A DNA stretch of 64,000 bases from Streptosporangiaceae bacterium NEAU-GS5 (GTDB lineage Bacteria; Actinomycetota; Actinomycetes; Streptosporangiales; Streptosporangiaceae). The stretch lies in the NCBI GenBank assembly GCA_017592665.1, contig JAGFNW010000027.1:28264-92263 (forward strand). Reading direction: 5' to 3'. The position numbers and the translations under genes were made by a program. Under the pieces are notes generated by a model that searched no databases, had not been told where the DNA came from, and was given only the letters and a program-made list of their open reading frames with translations. Shown one piece after another: positions 28,050 through 36,802 of this stretch; position 1 is the stretch's first letter; each line of letters opens with the position of its first letter.

Positions 28050-29083
28050 GCCTTCTCGATCTCGCCATCGTCGTCGTCCTGCTGGCGGTCAACGGCTTCT
28101 TCGTGGGCGCGGAGTTCGCCCTGATCTCGGCGCGCCGTACGCAGATCGAGCCCGGCGCCGCGGCGGGTTCGCGCCGCGCCCGCGCCGTCCTGGCGGCCAT
28201 GGACGCCGTCCCGACCATGCTGGCAGCCGCGCAACTGGGCGTGACGCTGGCCTCGCTCGCGCTCGGCGCCGTAGCCGAGCCCGTGCTCGGGCACGCGCTC
28301 GAAACGCTCTTCGCGGACGTGGGCCTGCCCACGGAACTGGCCGATCCCGTGGGTCTCGCGCTCGCCCTGCTGGTGGTGGTGACGGCGCACGTGATCATCG
28401 GCGAGATGGTGCCCAAGAACCTGGCGCTGTCCGGCCCGGACACGGCCGCGTTGTGGCTGGTCCCACCGCTGCTCTTCGTCGCGCGGGTCACGCGCCCGCT
28501 GCTCGCCGCCATTCAGGCCACCGCCACGTTGGTCCTGCGCGGGCTGGGCATCCCTCCAACGTCGGAGGTGCGGTCGGTCTACACCTCAGACGAGCTGCCC
28601 GCGCTGATCGAAGAATCGCGCCGGCACCGGCTGCTCGACCAGCGCGAGCGCGACCGGATGCTGGCCACCCTGGCCCTGCATGCCCGGCCCGTACGCTCCG
28701 TGCTGGTGCCGATCGACCAGGTCGTCAGCGTGCCGGCGGCGACCGACGCGACCCGGCTCCAGCAATACACGGCGCGCCACGGCCACTCGCGGTTTCCCGT
28801 CCACGGAGACGATCCCCAGGAGCTGCGCGGATATCTGCACGCCCTCGACGCGCTCAACCGGCACGACCCGAAGAAGAACGGAAGCCGCGAGCCGCTTCCC
28901 GTCCGTCCCCTTCTGCGCATCGGCGAGACCGCCAGCCTGGCGGAGGTGCTGGCCACCCTGCGCGGCAGTCGCGCCCAGCTGGCCGTCGTCGTCGACGCCG
29001 ACGGGCAGGCCCTCGGCATCGTGACGCTCCGCGACGTCCTGGCCGGGCTCCTGCCCGAAAGAGGGCGTGAAGTGAGCGGCTGA
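28046..29083 (+). CDS. CNNM (DUF21)-CBS domain protein, paralogue of the upstream gene
   Basis: ATGA overlap with the upstream gene. 'GAEFALISARRTQIE' DUF21 domain plus CBS domains. Confidence 0.85.
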   Translation: MSLLDLAIVVVLLAVNGFFVGAEFALISARRTQIEPGAAAGSRRARAVLAAMDAVPTMLAAAQLGVTLASLALGAVAEPVLGHALETLFADVGLPTELADPVGLALALLVVVTAHVIIGEMVPKNLALSGPDTAALWLVPPLLFVARVTRPLLAAIQATATLVLRGLGIPPTSEVRSVYTSDELPALIEESRRHRLLDQRERDRMLATLALHARPVRSVLVPIDQVVSVPAATDATRLQQYTARHGHSRFPVHGDDPQELRGYLHALDALNRHDPKKNGSREPLPVRPLLRIGETASLAEVLATLRGSRAQLAVVVDADGQALGIVTLRDVLAGLLPERGREVSG

Positions 29084-29102
29084 CGGCCAGGCCGTGCACG
29101 CA

Positions 29103-30170
29103 TCAGTAGCGTGCGATCAGCGCTAGCCCCTGCTCGGTCGCGAGAGCGCCATCGGTGACGAAGCTGACGAAGGCGCCCGTGGCCATCGCCATCTCGATGA
29201 TGTCGTCGACGGCGTCGTGAGTGTCGCCGGCCGGACCGGCGACGAAGTGGTCGCCCTCGAAGTGGCCGGGCGCGTGATAGCTCTCTTCGACGACGAGATG
29301 AGCGCCCCGGCCCTGCTCGACCAGCGGCCAGATCTCGTCGACCCCGGTGACGTACAGCTTCGCGCTGCGGGCCCGGTCGAGCTCCTCCATGACCTGGTCC
29401 TGGCGGCGGGCGACGTAGTCGGCGATCGCCGGCTCGACCACTTCGGCGATCTGGGCCGGGCTCGCGGAGTCGTAGTTGCCGAGGACGCGCTCGGTGACCC
29501 GCTTGCCGAGGCCGCTCACCTCGTCGAGAAAGGCGTGATAGCGGTCCACGCCCAGCACGATGAGGGGCAGGTCGTCGTGCTTGACGACCTGCTCGGTGGC
29601 GTCGGCGACCTGCCGGAAGAACTGCCGGTGCCGCTCGTCGCGATGGGCGGAGGGGTTGATCCCCAGCCCGCCCGGCAACTGCTGAGCGCCGCCCGGACCT
29701 GTATGCGTCAGGGGGAAGCCGTCGCCGTGGATCTCCCGCACCTGGTCGCCGCTGCCGAGGAACATCCTCGTGTCGTTCTCCGACAGCGCGAGCACCCAGT
29801 AGTGCCGGGCCCGGTCGTAGGCGCGGACCAGATCACGGGTGTCGAACGTGTCGGCCAGAACGACCCGCTCGCCCACGGTGAACGGCAGGCTGAACGCGTG
29901 ATGTTCGCCCTCGGCGGCGTACAGTGCCAGCGCGTCGAGAGGGCGGAGGGTCGCCGACATCTCGGCCGCCTGCTCCAGCTCGGCCATGATGCGGCGGGCG
30001 CATTCCTTGTCGGTACGCTCGGTGAGCTGCCGCTCCGCCTCGGCGAGCAGGTTGCCCAGCCGGATGGGATCCTGCGCGTTCTCCGGGGCGTGCCGATGAG
30101 CCGGCATGAGCACGCTGACGGCAGGAGTGCTGTGGGGCTGCTGCAGCTTGATGATCTGATCGCGGTCCAC
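29103..30170 (-). CDS. release-factor-like (baeRF/eRF1-Pelota-like) domain protein, hypothetical
   Basis: 355 aa. Blocks 'VSVLMPAHR', 'TRMFLGSGDQV', 'LIVLGVDRY', 'AKLYVTGVDEIWPLVEQGRGAHLVVEE' and 'DDIIEMAMATGAFVSF' resemble the bacterial eRF1-like fold. Assigned from memory of the family, not a search. Confidence 0.5.
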   Translation of the reverse strand: MDRDQIIKLQQPHSTPAVSVLMPAHRHAPENAQDPIRLGNLLAEAERQLTERTDKECARRIMAELEQAAEMSATLRPLDALALYAAEGEHHAFSLPFTVGERVVLADTFDTRDLVRAYDRARHYWVLALSENDTRMFLGSGDQVREIHGDGFPLTHTGPGGAQQLPGGLGINPSAHRDERHRQFFRQVADATEQVVKHDDLPLIVLGVDRYHAFLDEVSGLGKRVTERVLGNYDSASPAQIAEVVEPAIADYVARRQDQVMEELDRARSAKLYVTGVDEIWPLVEQGRGAHLVVEESYHAPGHFEGDHFVAGPAGDTHDAVDDIIEMAMATGAFVSFVTDGALATEQGLALIARY

Positions 30171-30255
30171 GGTCCCCCCGAGATGTTTCGTCCGACATCA
30201 GGGCGATTCCGCCCTCAGACCACCGCCATGCATCCCCGGCAAAGCCTTTACCACC

Positions 30256-31122
30256 TCATGCGCCATCAATGCCGGCGCTATGCCGCAGAACTCGTTGCCC
30301 ATGCGGATCCACCACAGCCGTCACCAGATCGCGCACTTCGGGAGCGTGTAGGTAGTTCCTGACGAGATGAAAGTCGAACCGATGGATCCGCAATGGGTCA
30401 TGTTGCTCCACATTGTCGAAGCGACTGCGGAGATCGAATGGCAGCGCGACCAGATCGCCGACGTCGGCGAGGTTGATCCAGCGGCGTACCCCCGGCGGCC
30501 GCCCGCATCGGTCATTCATCGGACCGGGCTGAAGCCGTTGAAAGATCACCTTGTTCATGCCTAGCGGACTGCCGAGGGTGATCAGAAGGTCGACCTTGGG
30601 ATCGGGCTGTGCCCAGAGCGCCTCGTAGGCTATGACGCTGCCCAAAGAGTGCGCGATCACCACCTGAGCTTGATTGGCGCGGATGGTTTCGGCGACCGTG
30701 GTGCGAGCTCTTATGCGGAACGACTCATCGCGAGGGCTTAGATAGGTGGCGACCTCGCGGACGAATGTGGTCCCCAGCCGCCGAGCGGTCGTGCCGTAGC
30801 GCTCAGTCAGCCATTCGGCGGCCTGCCGCACCTTCGCTGTGGCAGGCCCTTGCGAGGTGTGCGGCACGCCCATGAGCGACTCCACCCAGGCGACCAGCAA
30901 CTCCTGCTCTTCAGGCTCCAGCAGCGTCACGTCGTCCACGCCTTGCGCCGTACCCCGGTGCAACACGTCCGCGTAGTACGACACCGTAACTCGCGGCGCG
31001 GATTCAACCGACAGCCACCTGCTCCAGTCTTGGCTGATGGCCTCAGTAGCGGCATGCACCGAACCATGTTCGATCAGGTAGGAGTAGTTCCCGATCCCAT
31101 GGACCCCGACAATCCGAGTCAC
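30256..31122 (-). CDS. alpha/beta-hydrolase (lipase/esterase-like, PGAP1/DUF676-like) with GxSxG nucleophile
   Basis: 'VGVHGIG' N-terminus, nucleophile elbow 'AHSLGSVIAYEAL', 'ITLGSPLGM'. Lies 85 bp upstream of, and co-directional with, the release-factor-like gene. Confidence 0.7.
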   Translation of the reverse strand: MTRIVGVHGIGNYSYLIEHGSVHAATEAISQDWSRWLSVESAPRVTVSYYADVLHRGTAQGVDDVTLLEPEEQELLVAWVESLMGVPHTSQGPATAKVRQAAEWLTERYGTTARRLGTTFVREVATYLSPRDESFRIRARTTVAETIRANQAQVVIAHSLGSVIAYEALWAQPDPKVDLLITLGSPLGMNKVIFQRLQPGPMNDRCGRPPGVRRWINLADVGDLVALPFDLRSRFDNVEQHDPLRIHRFDFHLVRNYLHAPEVRDLVTAVVDPHGQRVLRHSAGIDGA

Positions 31123-31333
31123 GCCTTCTCCTCGTCTGATATGAGGTGTGCGAATCGACCGTGCGTCATGGTCGAGGCTCGTCTATCCAGAACGAATCAG
31201 GCAATCACCACTCTTACGAAAGTTCATAATTTCCACTCACTTTCAAGGTGCGTCGACCATAATAGAATCCGACCGACTGCGGCGGAAGCGTAGCTGGTCA
31301 TTTCACATCACCTGGTTGTGGAGGTTAGCCAGC
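31123..31333. promoter_or_regulatory. AT-rich divergent promoter region between the alpha/beta-hydrolase operon and the flotillin/STAND operon
   Basis: About 210 bp at roughly 45-50% GC against a background above 70% ('ttacgaaagttcataatttccactcactttcaagg', 'ccataatagaatcc'). RBS GGAGG lies 9 nt before ATG 31334. Confidence 0.5.
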
Positions 31334-32668
31334 ATGAGTGGGGCGTGGGTGGCTTTATTGGTGATTGTGGGACTGCTGTTACTCGCGGCTCTGGTTCTCA
31401 GGCATTGGTGGGAGACTCCGTCGCCGCAGCATGCGGTGGTTTTTCCGGGGAGCGGGTTCGGCAAGAGCGGCGATGCCGCGAATCTACGTGTCGTGGTCGG
31501 GCGTCCGCGACTGGTCCTGCCACCACGCCGCCACCGCGGGCGACTGAATCTCGGGACGCGCAATATTGAAGTGACGCTCGACTGCATGACGAATCAGGCA
31601 TTAAGGGTGAGAGTGGTAATCAGTATCACATATCGGGTCGGTAATTCTCCCGAGCAGATCCGGCGCGCGGCACTGCGATTCCTGAAAGACCCGGAGAGGC
31701 TGCTGGAGGTGGCCGTCAAGAATCTTGTCCAGCACAACGTGCGTACCGTGGTCGGTGAGGGTCCATACACGGCCCTGGTCCTGAATCTGGGAGAAGTCAA
31801 CGGAAAGGTCAAGGAGCGCATCCGCCAGGACTTTCAAGCCTTCGGCCTGGTGCTCGAGAACGCGGGCTTCGTCACCATCGATGATGTGGACGGGCACGGC
31901 ACGGCGTTACGCCGAGCGGCGGAGGTGGAGGCCGAGCTCAAGAAGGTGGAAGCCGACCAGCGGTTGCTGGTCGAAACGGCCCGCGCGCGAGCCGAGGCCG
32001 CGGCGGAAGTGCACGATCACAACGTGCGCTCCCACGCACTGAGCCTGGAGATCGCCACGCTTGAGGCGGATCTGGAGCGTAAGAAGCAGGAGCTCGCGGC
32101 TCGAAACATTCAGCTCGACAAACAGGACGAGTTGAGTAAGGCCCAGATCGATCACAAGATCCAGGTCCTCCATGTCGACACACGCAGCTATGAAGTCAAA
32201 CGGCGTATTGATATGGAGAGGGCCGAGCGCGAGGCCCGGAATGCGACGGACATCGAGTTGCGTCACGCGCTCGACCGGGCCGACGCGGAGAAGGGGATGG
32301 TGGAGGCCAAAGCCGAGGCCGTCCGGATTAAGGAGCGAGTCCAGGGCCTCACACCCGCGGAGGCGCAGGCGTTGATCACCCTTGAGCTCGCCGGGAAAAT
32401 GGACAAGATAGCTGCCGCGGCGAAGGTGGAGCTACCCAGCCTGGAACGGGTGATCACGTCGAGCAGCGACTCCAAGACCCTGCTCGACAACCTGATCGGA
32501 TTCGGGCTCCCGATCGCCGAGATGGTGGGCGAGATGTTCAGCCGAATGCGGGAGGCCGACCCGGCCAAGACGATCACGACGGTCGTTCAGCCGGAGATCC
32601 AGCCGCCCACGAAGCATGCCGATGAGGGACAGGCCGACGGGCGTGACGACATGCCCTCCTCCCAATGA
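31334..32668 (+). CDS. flotillin-like SPFH/band-7 domain membrane protein
   Basis: N-terminal TM 'MSGAWVALLVIVGLLLLAALVL', SPFH core ('LRVVVGRP...ALRVRVVISITYRV...QDFQAFGLVLENAGFVTIDDV') and a long Glu/Ala/Arg-rich coiled coil, as in FloT/flotillins. ATG at 31334 in track ORF 31148..32668. Confidence 0.85.
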   Translation: MSGAWVALLVIVGLLLLAALVLRHWWETPSPQHAVVFPGSGFGKSGDAANLRVVVGRPRLVLPPRRHRGRLNLGTRNIEVTLDCMTNQALRVRVVISITYRVGNSPEQIRRAALRFLKDPERLLEVAVKNLVQHNVRTVVGEGPYTALVLNLGEVNGKVKERIRQDFQAFGLVLENAGFVTIDDVDGHGTALRRAAEVEAELKKVEADQRLLVETARARAEAAAEVHDHNVRSHALSLEIATLEADLERKKQELAARNIQLDKQDELSKAQIDHKIQVLHVDTRSYEVKRRIDMERAEREARNATDIELRHALDRADAEKGMVEAKAEAVRIKERVQGLTPAEAQALITLELAGKMDKIAAAAKVELPSLERVITSSSDSKTLLDNLIGFGLPIAEMVGEMFSRMREADPAKTITTVVQPEIQPPTKHADEGQADGRDDMPSSQ

Positions 32669-35600
32669 CCACGGGTCCGACGGCACGGGCAATTGTGATC
32701 GCGATCACGGGGTTCGTCTCGGACCGCTGGTCGGCCCTGCCGTTCGCCGCCGCCCGCGCGTACGCCATACGGCGCGCCCTGCTCTCGCACGGATATCACT
32801 GCGTGACGCACATCACCGCGAGACTCACGTCCGCCGAGTTCGGCACGCTGGTACGGAACGAACTTCGCCGCGCCGGGCCAGATGACACCCTTCTTATCCA
32901 TATCCTCACGCATGGCGACATTGCCAACAAAAGCGTCCTGTACGCCCTGGGCAGCGATGGCCTCCGTCACCCCGACACGGACGTAGAGGCGTGGATCAGG
33001 ACAGTACAGAACGTCGACGGCCACCCCTTCACCCTGTTCTTGCTCGATATGTGCTACGGCGGGACGATGGCCCGGCTCTCGTGGCAGGCGAGCATCGGCC
33101 GCGCCGACACGCGAGCCTGGGTCATCGCCGCCTGCCAGCCGGACGAGGCGGCTTTCGACGGCCGCTTCAGCCAGGCCGTGGCCACCGTGCTCGACCTGCT
33201 GAGACAGGGCGACCTCGAGATCGACCCAAGCCACGCGTATGTGCCGTTCGGCGCGATCGCCCGCGCCATCCGGCAGGAGGTGAACCGGCTCGCAGGAGAT
33301 GGCCTGCGCCAACAGGTCACCGCCACGAGCGAAGATCCCGGAGATGAGGCCGCGGCGCCTCCCTTTTTCCGCAACACGGCTCACACACGCAGACGCCTCC
33401 CGGAACCGGCGAGCCAGGGGCCGGCCGACGGGGGTGCCTGGATCGTGGCGTACTTCGCCGACCAGGCGGCCGGAGCGGCGGTCTCCGGCGAAGGGGGGGC
33501 GGACCGGCCGAGAGCGGGCCGTTTCACTGGACGCAGAGATCAGCTCGGTCATCTGGCACCCTGGGTCAACCGCCTGACGGCAGGTGATCTCGCCGTGGTC
33601 ACCGGTGGCCCTGGCAGCGGCAAATCGGCACTGCTCGGCGTGCTGGTGTGCGCCGCCCATCCACTGTTGTACGCGACGGCACGGGATCTGCTGGCCGAGG
33701 TGACCCCCCTGCCCGCGCCTGTGCTCGACGGGTTCGCCGCGGTGCACGTGGCACAACGCGGGCTCGCCACGGTGTGCGACGCCATCGGACGGCAGCTGGG
33801 GCTACCCGCGGATCTCTCGGCCGACGAGCTGATCGAGCGGGTGCTTGAACGCGACCGCCCACCGGTATTGGTGATCGACGGGCTCGACGAGGCCGACGAC
33901 GGGCCGGCCATCATGCGGCGGCTGCTGCTTCCCCTGGTGAGCACGCGACGTCCCGACGGGTGGGCCGCAGCGCGGCTGCTGGTAGGCAGTCGCACATACG
34001 AGGAGTTCGAGCCGCTGCTCGAACGCGCTCGCGTCGCCGGCAATCTCATCGACCTTGACGTCGTGCCACCTGAGGACCTGCGCAAGGACCTTGCCACGTA
34101 CATATTTCGGTTGCTTCAGGACGAGCCGGCCTACCTGCGGCACGGCGCCGTGCAGGGCGCGTTCGCCGGCGCCGTGGCGGAGACTCTCACAGCGCCGCAT
34201 GGAAAAGGGCGGCAGCAGGGGGAGTTCCTCGTCGCCGGACTGTACACACGTCATTTCGTCGCCGCACACGCTCACGCTCCCATGACCGACCCAGATCGGG
34301 CCCGGGCGCTGGGACAGCGCGCGCCGAGAACGCTGGCCGAGGTGTTCGAGTTGGACATCGCGGATCGGCCTGCCTTGCGCGAGCTGCTGACCGTTCTCGC
34401 CACGGCGCGTGAACCCGGCATGCCAGTCGGCGTACTGTTCCGGATGATCACCGCCGGGCAACGTCCAGGCAGGGGCGCGAGGACAGGAACGAGCGCTGAG
34501 GTGACGACGGGCTCGCCGGCAGAAACGGGCGCCGCCGCGGACCGCATGACCATCGGACGAGTACGCGCGATGCTGCGCGAGGGTCGGCATTACCTGCGTC
34601 AGTCGACCGACACGCGGGACGGCACCACCCTCTATCGCCTATTTCACCGCAGCTTGATCGACCACCTCGCCGTGCCGGGGATAGCAGGCGACAGCCTGGA
34701 GGCGATGCTCGGGATACTGGGGCCGGCGTCCGCCCGTGACTGGGAGATGGCCGAGCCATACCTGCTCGATCACGCATGGGCATACGCGGTCGCCGCCGGA
34801 CGCGCGGCCGAGTTGCTCGATGATCCCGAATACCTGCTGAATCTCACTTCCGGGCCGCTGACGGCCGTCCTGCGAGAAGCCGGAGATCTCCCGCTCCTGT
34901 CAGCGTTCGCCGAAGTCCCGCCGATCGGGGCGGCGCCGCTGTCGGAACGGCGGTATGCGCTGGCCCTCGCGGCCGCCCGGGCGGACCGCACGCAATTCGC
35001 GGCACGCGCCGCGCGGCCACCCACCACGCAGCCGCTGCCGTGGCAACCTCTCTGGTCGAAGGGAACGCCCGTCGCGGCTGGATCACCGAGTGCGTCCACG
35101 GCCTCGCCTGCGTCCGTGCCGGCTCCGCCCTCGCCGGCCGGCGATTTCGAGCTGGCCAAGAGCAGAAGGAAACAGGAGGTCCAGGCGCTGGCCACGGCCT
35201 CGATCGAAGGGCGGCCCGTTCTCGCGGCGGCCGGCGACGACGGCCGAATACAGCTTTGGGATCTCGCCTCCCGGAAGGTCTCACTGCCACCGCTCACCGG
35301 CCACGCCGGGTCCGTGAATGCGATCGCCTGCTTCACGACGGGCGGACGGGCGAAGGCCGTCACGGCCGGATCCGACGGCACCTTACGGATATGGGACCTG
35401 GCCAGGCGGCAGTCCGAGCACATCTGGAACCTTGGTCAGGAGAGTTTTCTGCGCGGCGTGGCGTGCGCCTGGGTCGGCGACCAACAGGTAGCGGTAGTGG
35501 CCAGCGGTGACGGCTGGCTTCGCATGTGGGACGTGGTCCAGGGACGGCCCGTCGGCGGGCGGCTGGGCGAGCGGCCGGGCATTCTCACTGGTGTGGCCTG

Positions 35601-36738
35601 CGCGCAGGCTCACGGCCGTGCCGTCGCCGTCACCACGGACGAGGACGGGGAGGTGTCCGCAGTCGATCTCGGGAGTGGCGAGGTGATCGGCCGGCACGAG
35701 TATGCGCACGACGGTTCCGCGCGCGCGGTGGCCTGCACCGCGGCGGCCGATCCCCCGCTGGTCGTGACGACCGGCGACGGCGGCGTGATCCGTGTCTGGA
35801 AGCTGACCGACACTCTTGTCCCCCTCTTCAAGCTCACGGGACATCGGGACACGGTCGAGGCGGTGGCGTGCGCCACGCTTGGCGGCCGGGACGTGGTGAT
35901 CAGCGGCGACGTCGACGGCAGGGTCATCGTCTGGGATGTGGCGGAGGGGGTTCAGATCTACCAGGCTCGGCTGCGCCGCGGCTTGGTTCGGGCCGTGGCC
36001 GGCACCCTTCTCGGCACACGACCCTTCGTCCTGACCGCCGCTTCCGGGGGCGCGCTGGCCGGGCGGGATTTGAGCGAAGCGCTGTCCGGCCGGCAAGCAG
36101 CCGAGCGATCGACCGGCAGCGCGGCGGCTGCGGCCCCTCGTGGCGTCCAGATCACCCGGCTCGACGTCTTGAGTGATGAGACCGTGCGCCTCGTCTTCGC
36201 GCACGCCGGCGCCATCATTGTGGACCCGCGAACTGGTAAGGCCATCGACGGCGAGGTGGCCATGCGGGAACCCGCCGCAAATCCGCGGCAGGACGATGAC
36301 TCCCCCGTTGCCGCGACATCCGCGACGTTCTCCTTGCATGGTCGCACTATGGTGGCCGAGGTCGGTGACGACCCTCGGACCCTGCGGCTACGCGAAGCGA
36401 CATCCCACGCTCCATCACGCCCCGTTGATGATCATGGGCGCCCGTTGGGCCGTCACGAGAGCCGCATAACGACGGTGTCGGTCGCCAAGCCGGTTGGTGG
36501 CGCACCGCCCCTGCTGTTCAGCGGTGACGTGGACGGCACCGTGCGGGTCTGGGATCCGGTGCACGGGCGTGCAATGCCGGGCTTCACCTTGCCGGGGGAG
36601 ATCGTCGGTATCACGCCGCTGCGAGGGGAACTGGTCCTGGTCGACATCGGCGGTGAGATCATCGCGCTGCACCGTGCCACGACCACCGAGCACCGCGCAT
36701 CCGCCGATGGAACGGGACCCAGAGCGTCGGTCACATAA
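32665..36738 (+). CDS. caspase-like (peptidase C14) / NACHT ATPase / WD40 beta-propeller STAND protein
   Basis: 1356 aa. ATG overlaps the flotillin stop (ATGA 32665-32668). Caspase His 'IHILTHGD' (H83) and Cys 'FLLDMCYGG' (C130). NACHT Walker A 'VVTGGPGSGKS' (~aa 315) and Walker B 'PVLVIDGLDEADD' (~aa 405). From about aa 835 onward, at least 12 WD40 repeats ('RIQLWDL', 'TLRIWDL', 'WLRMWDV', 'VIRVWKL', 'RVIVWDV', 'TVRVWDP'). Confidence 0.9.
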   Translation: MTTGPTARAIVIAITGFVSDRWSALPFAAARAYAIRRALLSHGYHCVTHITARLTSAEFGTLVRNELRRAGPDDTLLIHILTHGDIANKSVLYALGSDGLRHPDTDVEAWIRTVQNVDGHPFTLFLLDMCYGGTMARLSWQASIGRADTRAWVIAACQPDEAAFDGRFSQAVATVLDLLRQGDLEIDPSHAYVPFGAIARAIRQEVNRLAGDGLRQQVTATSEDPGDEAAAPPFFRNTAHTRRRLPEPASQGPADGGAWIVAYFADQAAGAAVSGEGGADRPRAGRFTGRRDQLGHLAPWVNRLTAGDLAVVTGGPGSGKSALLGVLVCAAHPLLYATARDLLAEVTPLPAPVLDGFAAVHVAQRGLATVCDAIGRQLGLPADLSADELIERVLERDRPPVLVIDGLDEADDGPAIMRRLLLPLVSTRRPDGWAAARLLVGSRTYEEFEPLLERARVAGNLIDLDVVPPEDLRKDLATYIFRLLQDEPAYLRHGAVQGAFAGAVAETLTAPHGKGRQQGEFLVAGLYTRHFVAAHAHAPMTDPDRARALGQRAPRTLAEVFELDIADRPALRELLTVLATAREPGMPVGVLFRMITAGQRPGRGARTGTSAEVTTGSPAETGAAADRMTIGRVRAMLREGRHYLRQSTDTRDGTTLYRLFHRSLIDHLAVPGIAGDSLEAMLGILGPASARDWEMAEPYLLDHAWAYAVAAGRAAELLDDPEYLLNLTSGPLTAVLREAGDLPLLSAFAEVPPIGAAPLSERRYALALAAARADRTQFAARAARPPTTQPLPWQPLWSKGTPVAAGSPSASTASPASVPAPPSPAGDFELAKSRRKQEVQALATASIEGRPVLAAAGDDGRIQLWDLASRKVSLPPLTGHAGSVNAIACFTTGGRAKAVTAGSDGTLRIWDLARRQSEHIWNLGQESFLRGVACAWVGDQQVAVVASGDGWLRMWDVVQGRPVGGRLGERPGILTGVACAQAHGRAVAVTTDEDGEVSAVDLGSGEVIGRHEYAHDGSARAVACTAAADPPLVVTTGDGGVIRVWKLTDTLVPLFKLTGHRDTVEAVACATLGGRDVVISGDVDGRVIVWDVAEGVQIYQARLRRGLVRAVAGTLLGTRPFVLTAASGGALAGRDLSEALSGRQAAERSTGSAAAAAPRGVQITRLDVLSDETVRLVFAHAGAIIVDPRTGKAIDGEVAMREPAANPRQDDDSPVAATSATFSLHGRTMVAEVGDDPRTLRLREATSHAPSRPVDDHGRPLGRHESRITTVSVAKPVGGAPPLLFSGDVDGTVRVWDPVHGRAMPGFTLPGEIVGITPLRGELVLVDIGGEIIALHRATTTEHRASADGTGPRASVT

Positions 36739-36802
36739 TCCCTGTCGGGCCTACCTCAGCTATTGGCACGACCGCCGCGGACCAGCACGAACCGTCCTTG
36801 GC

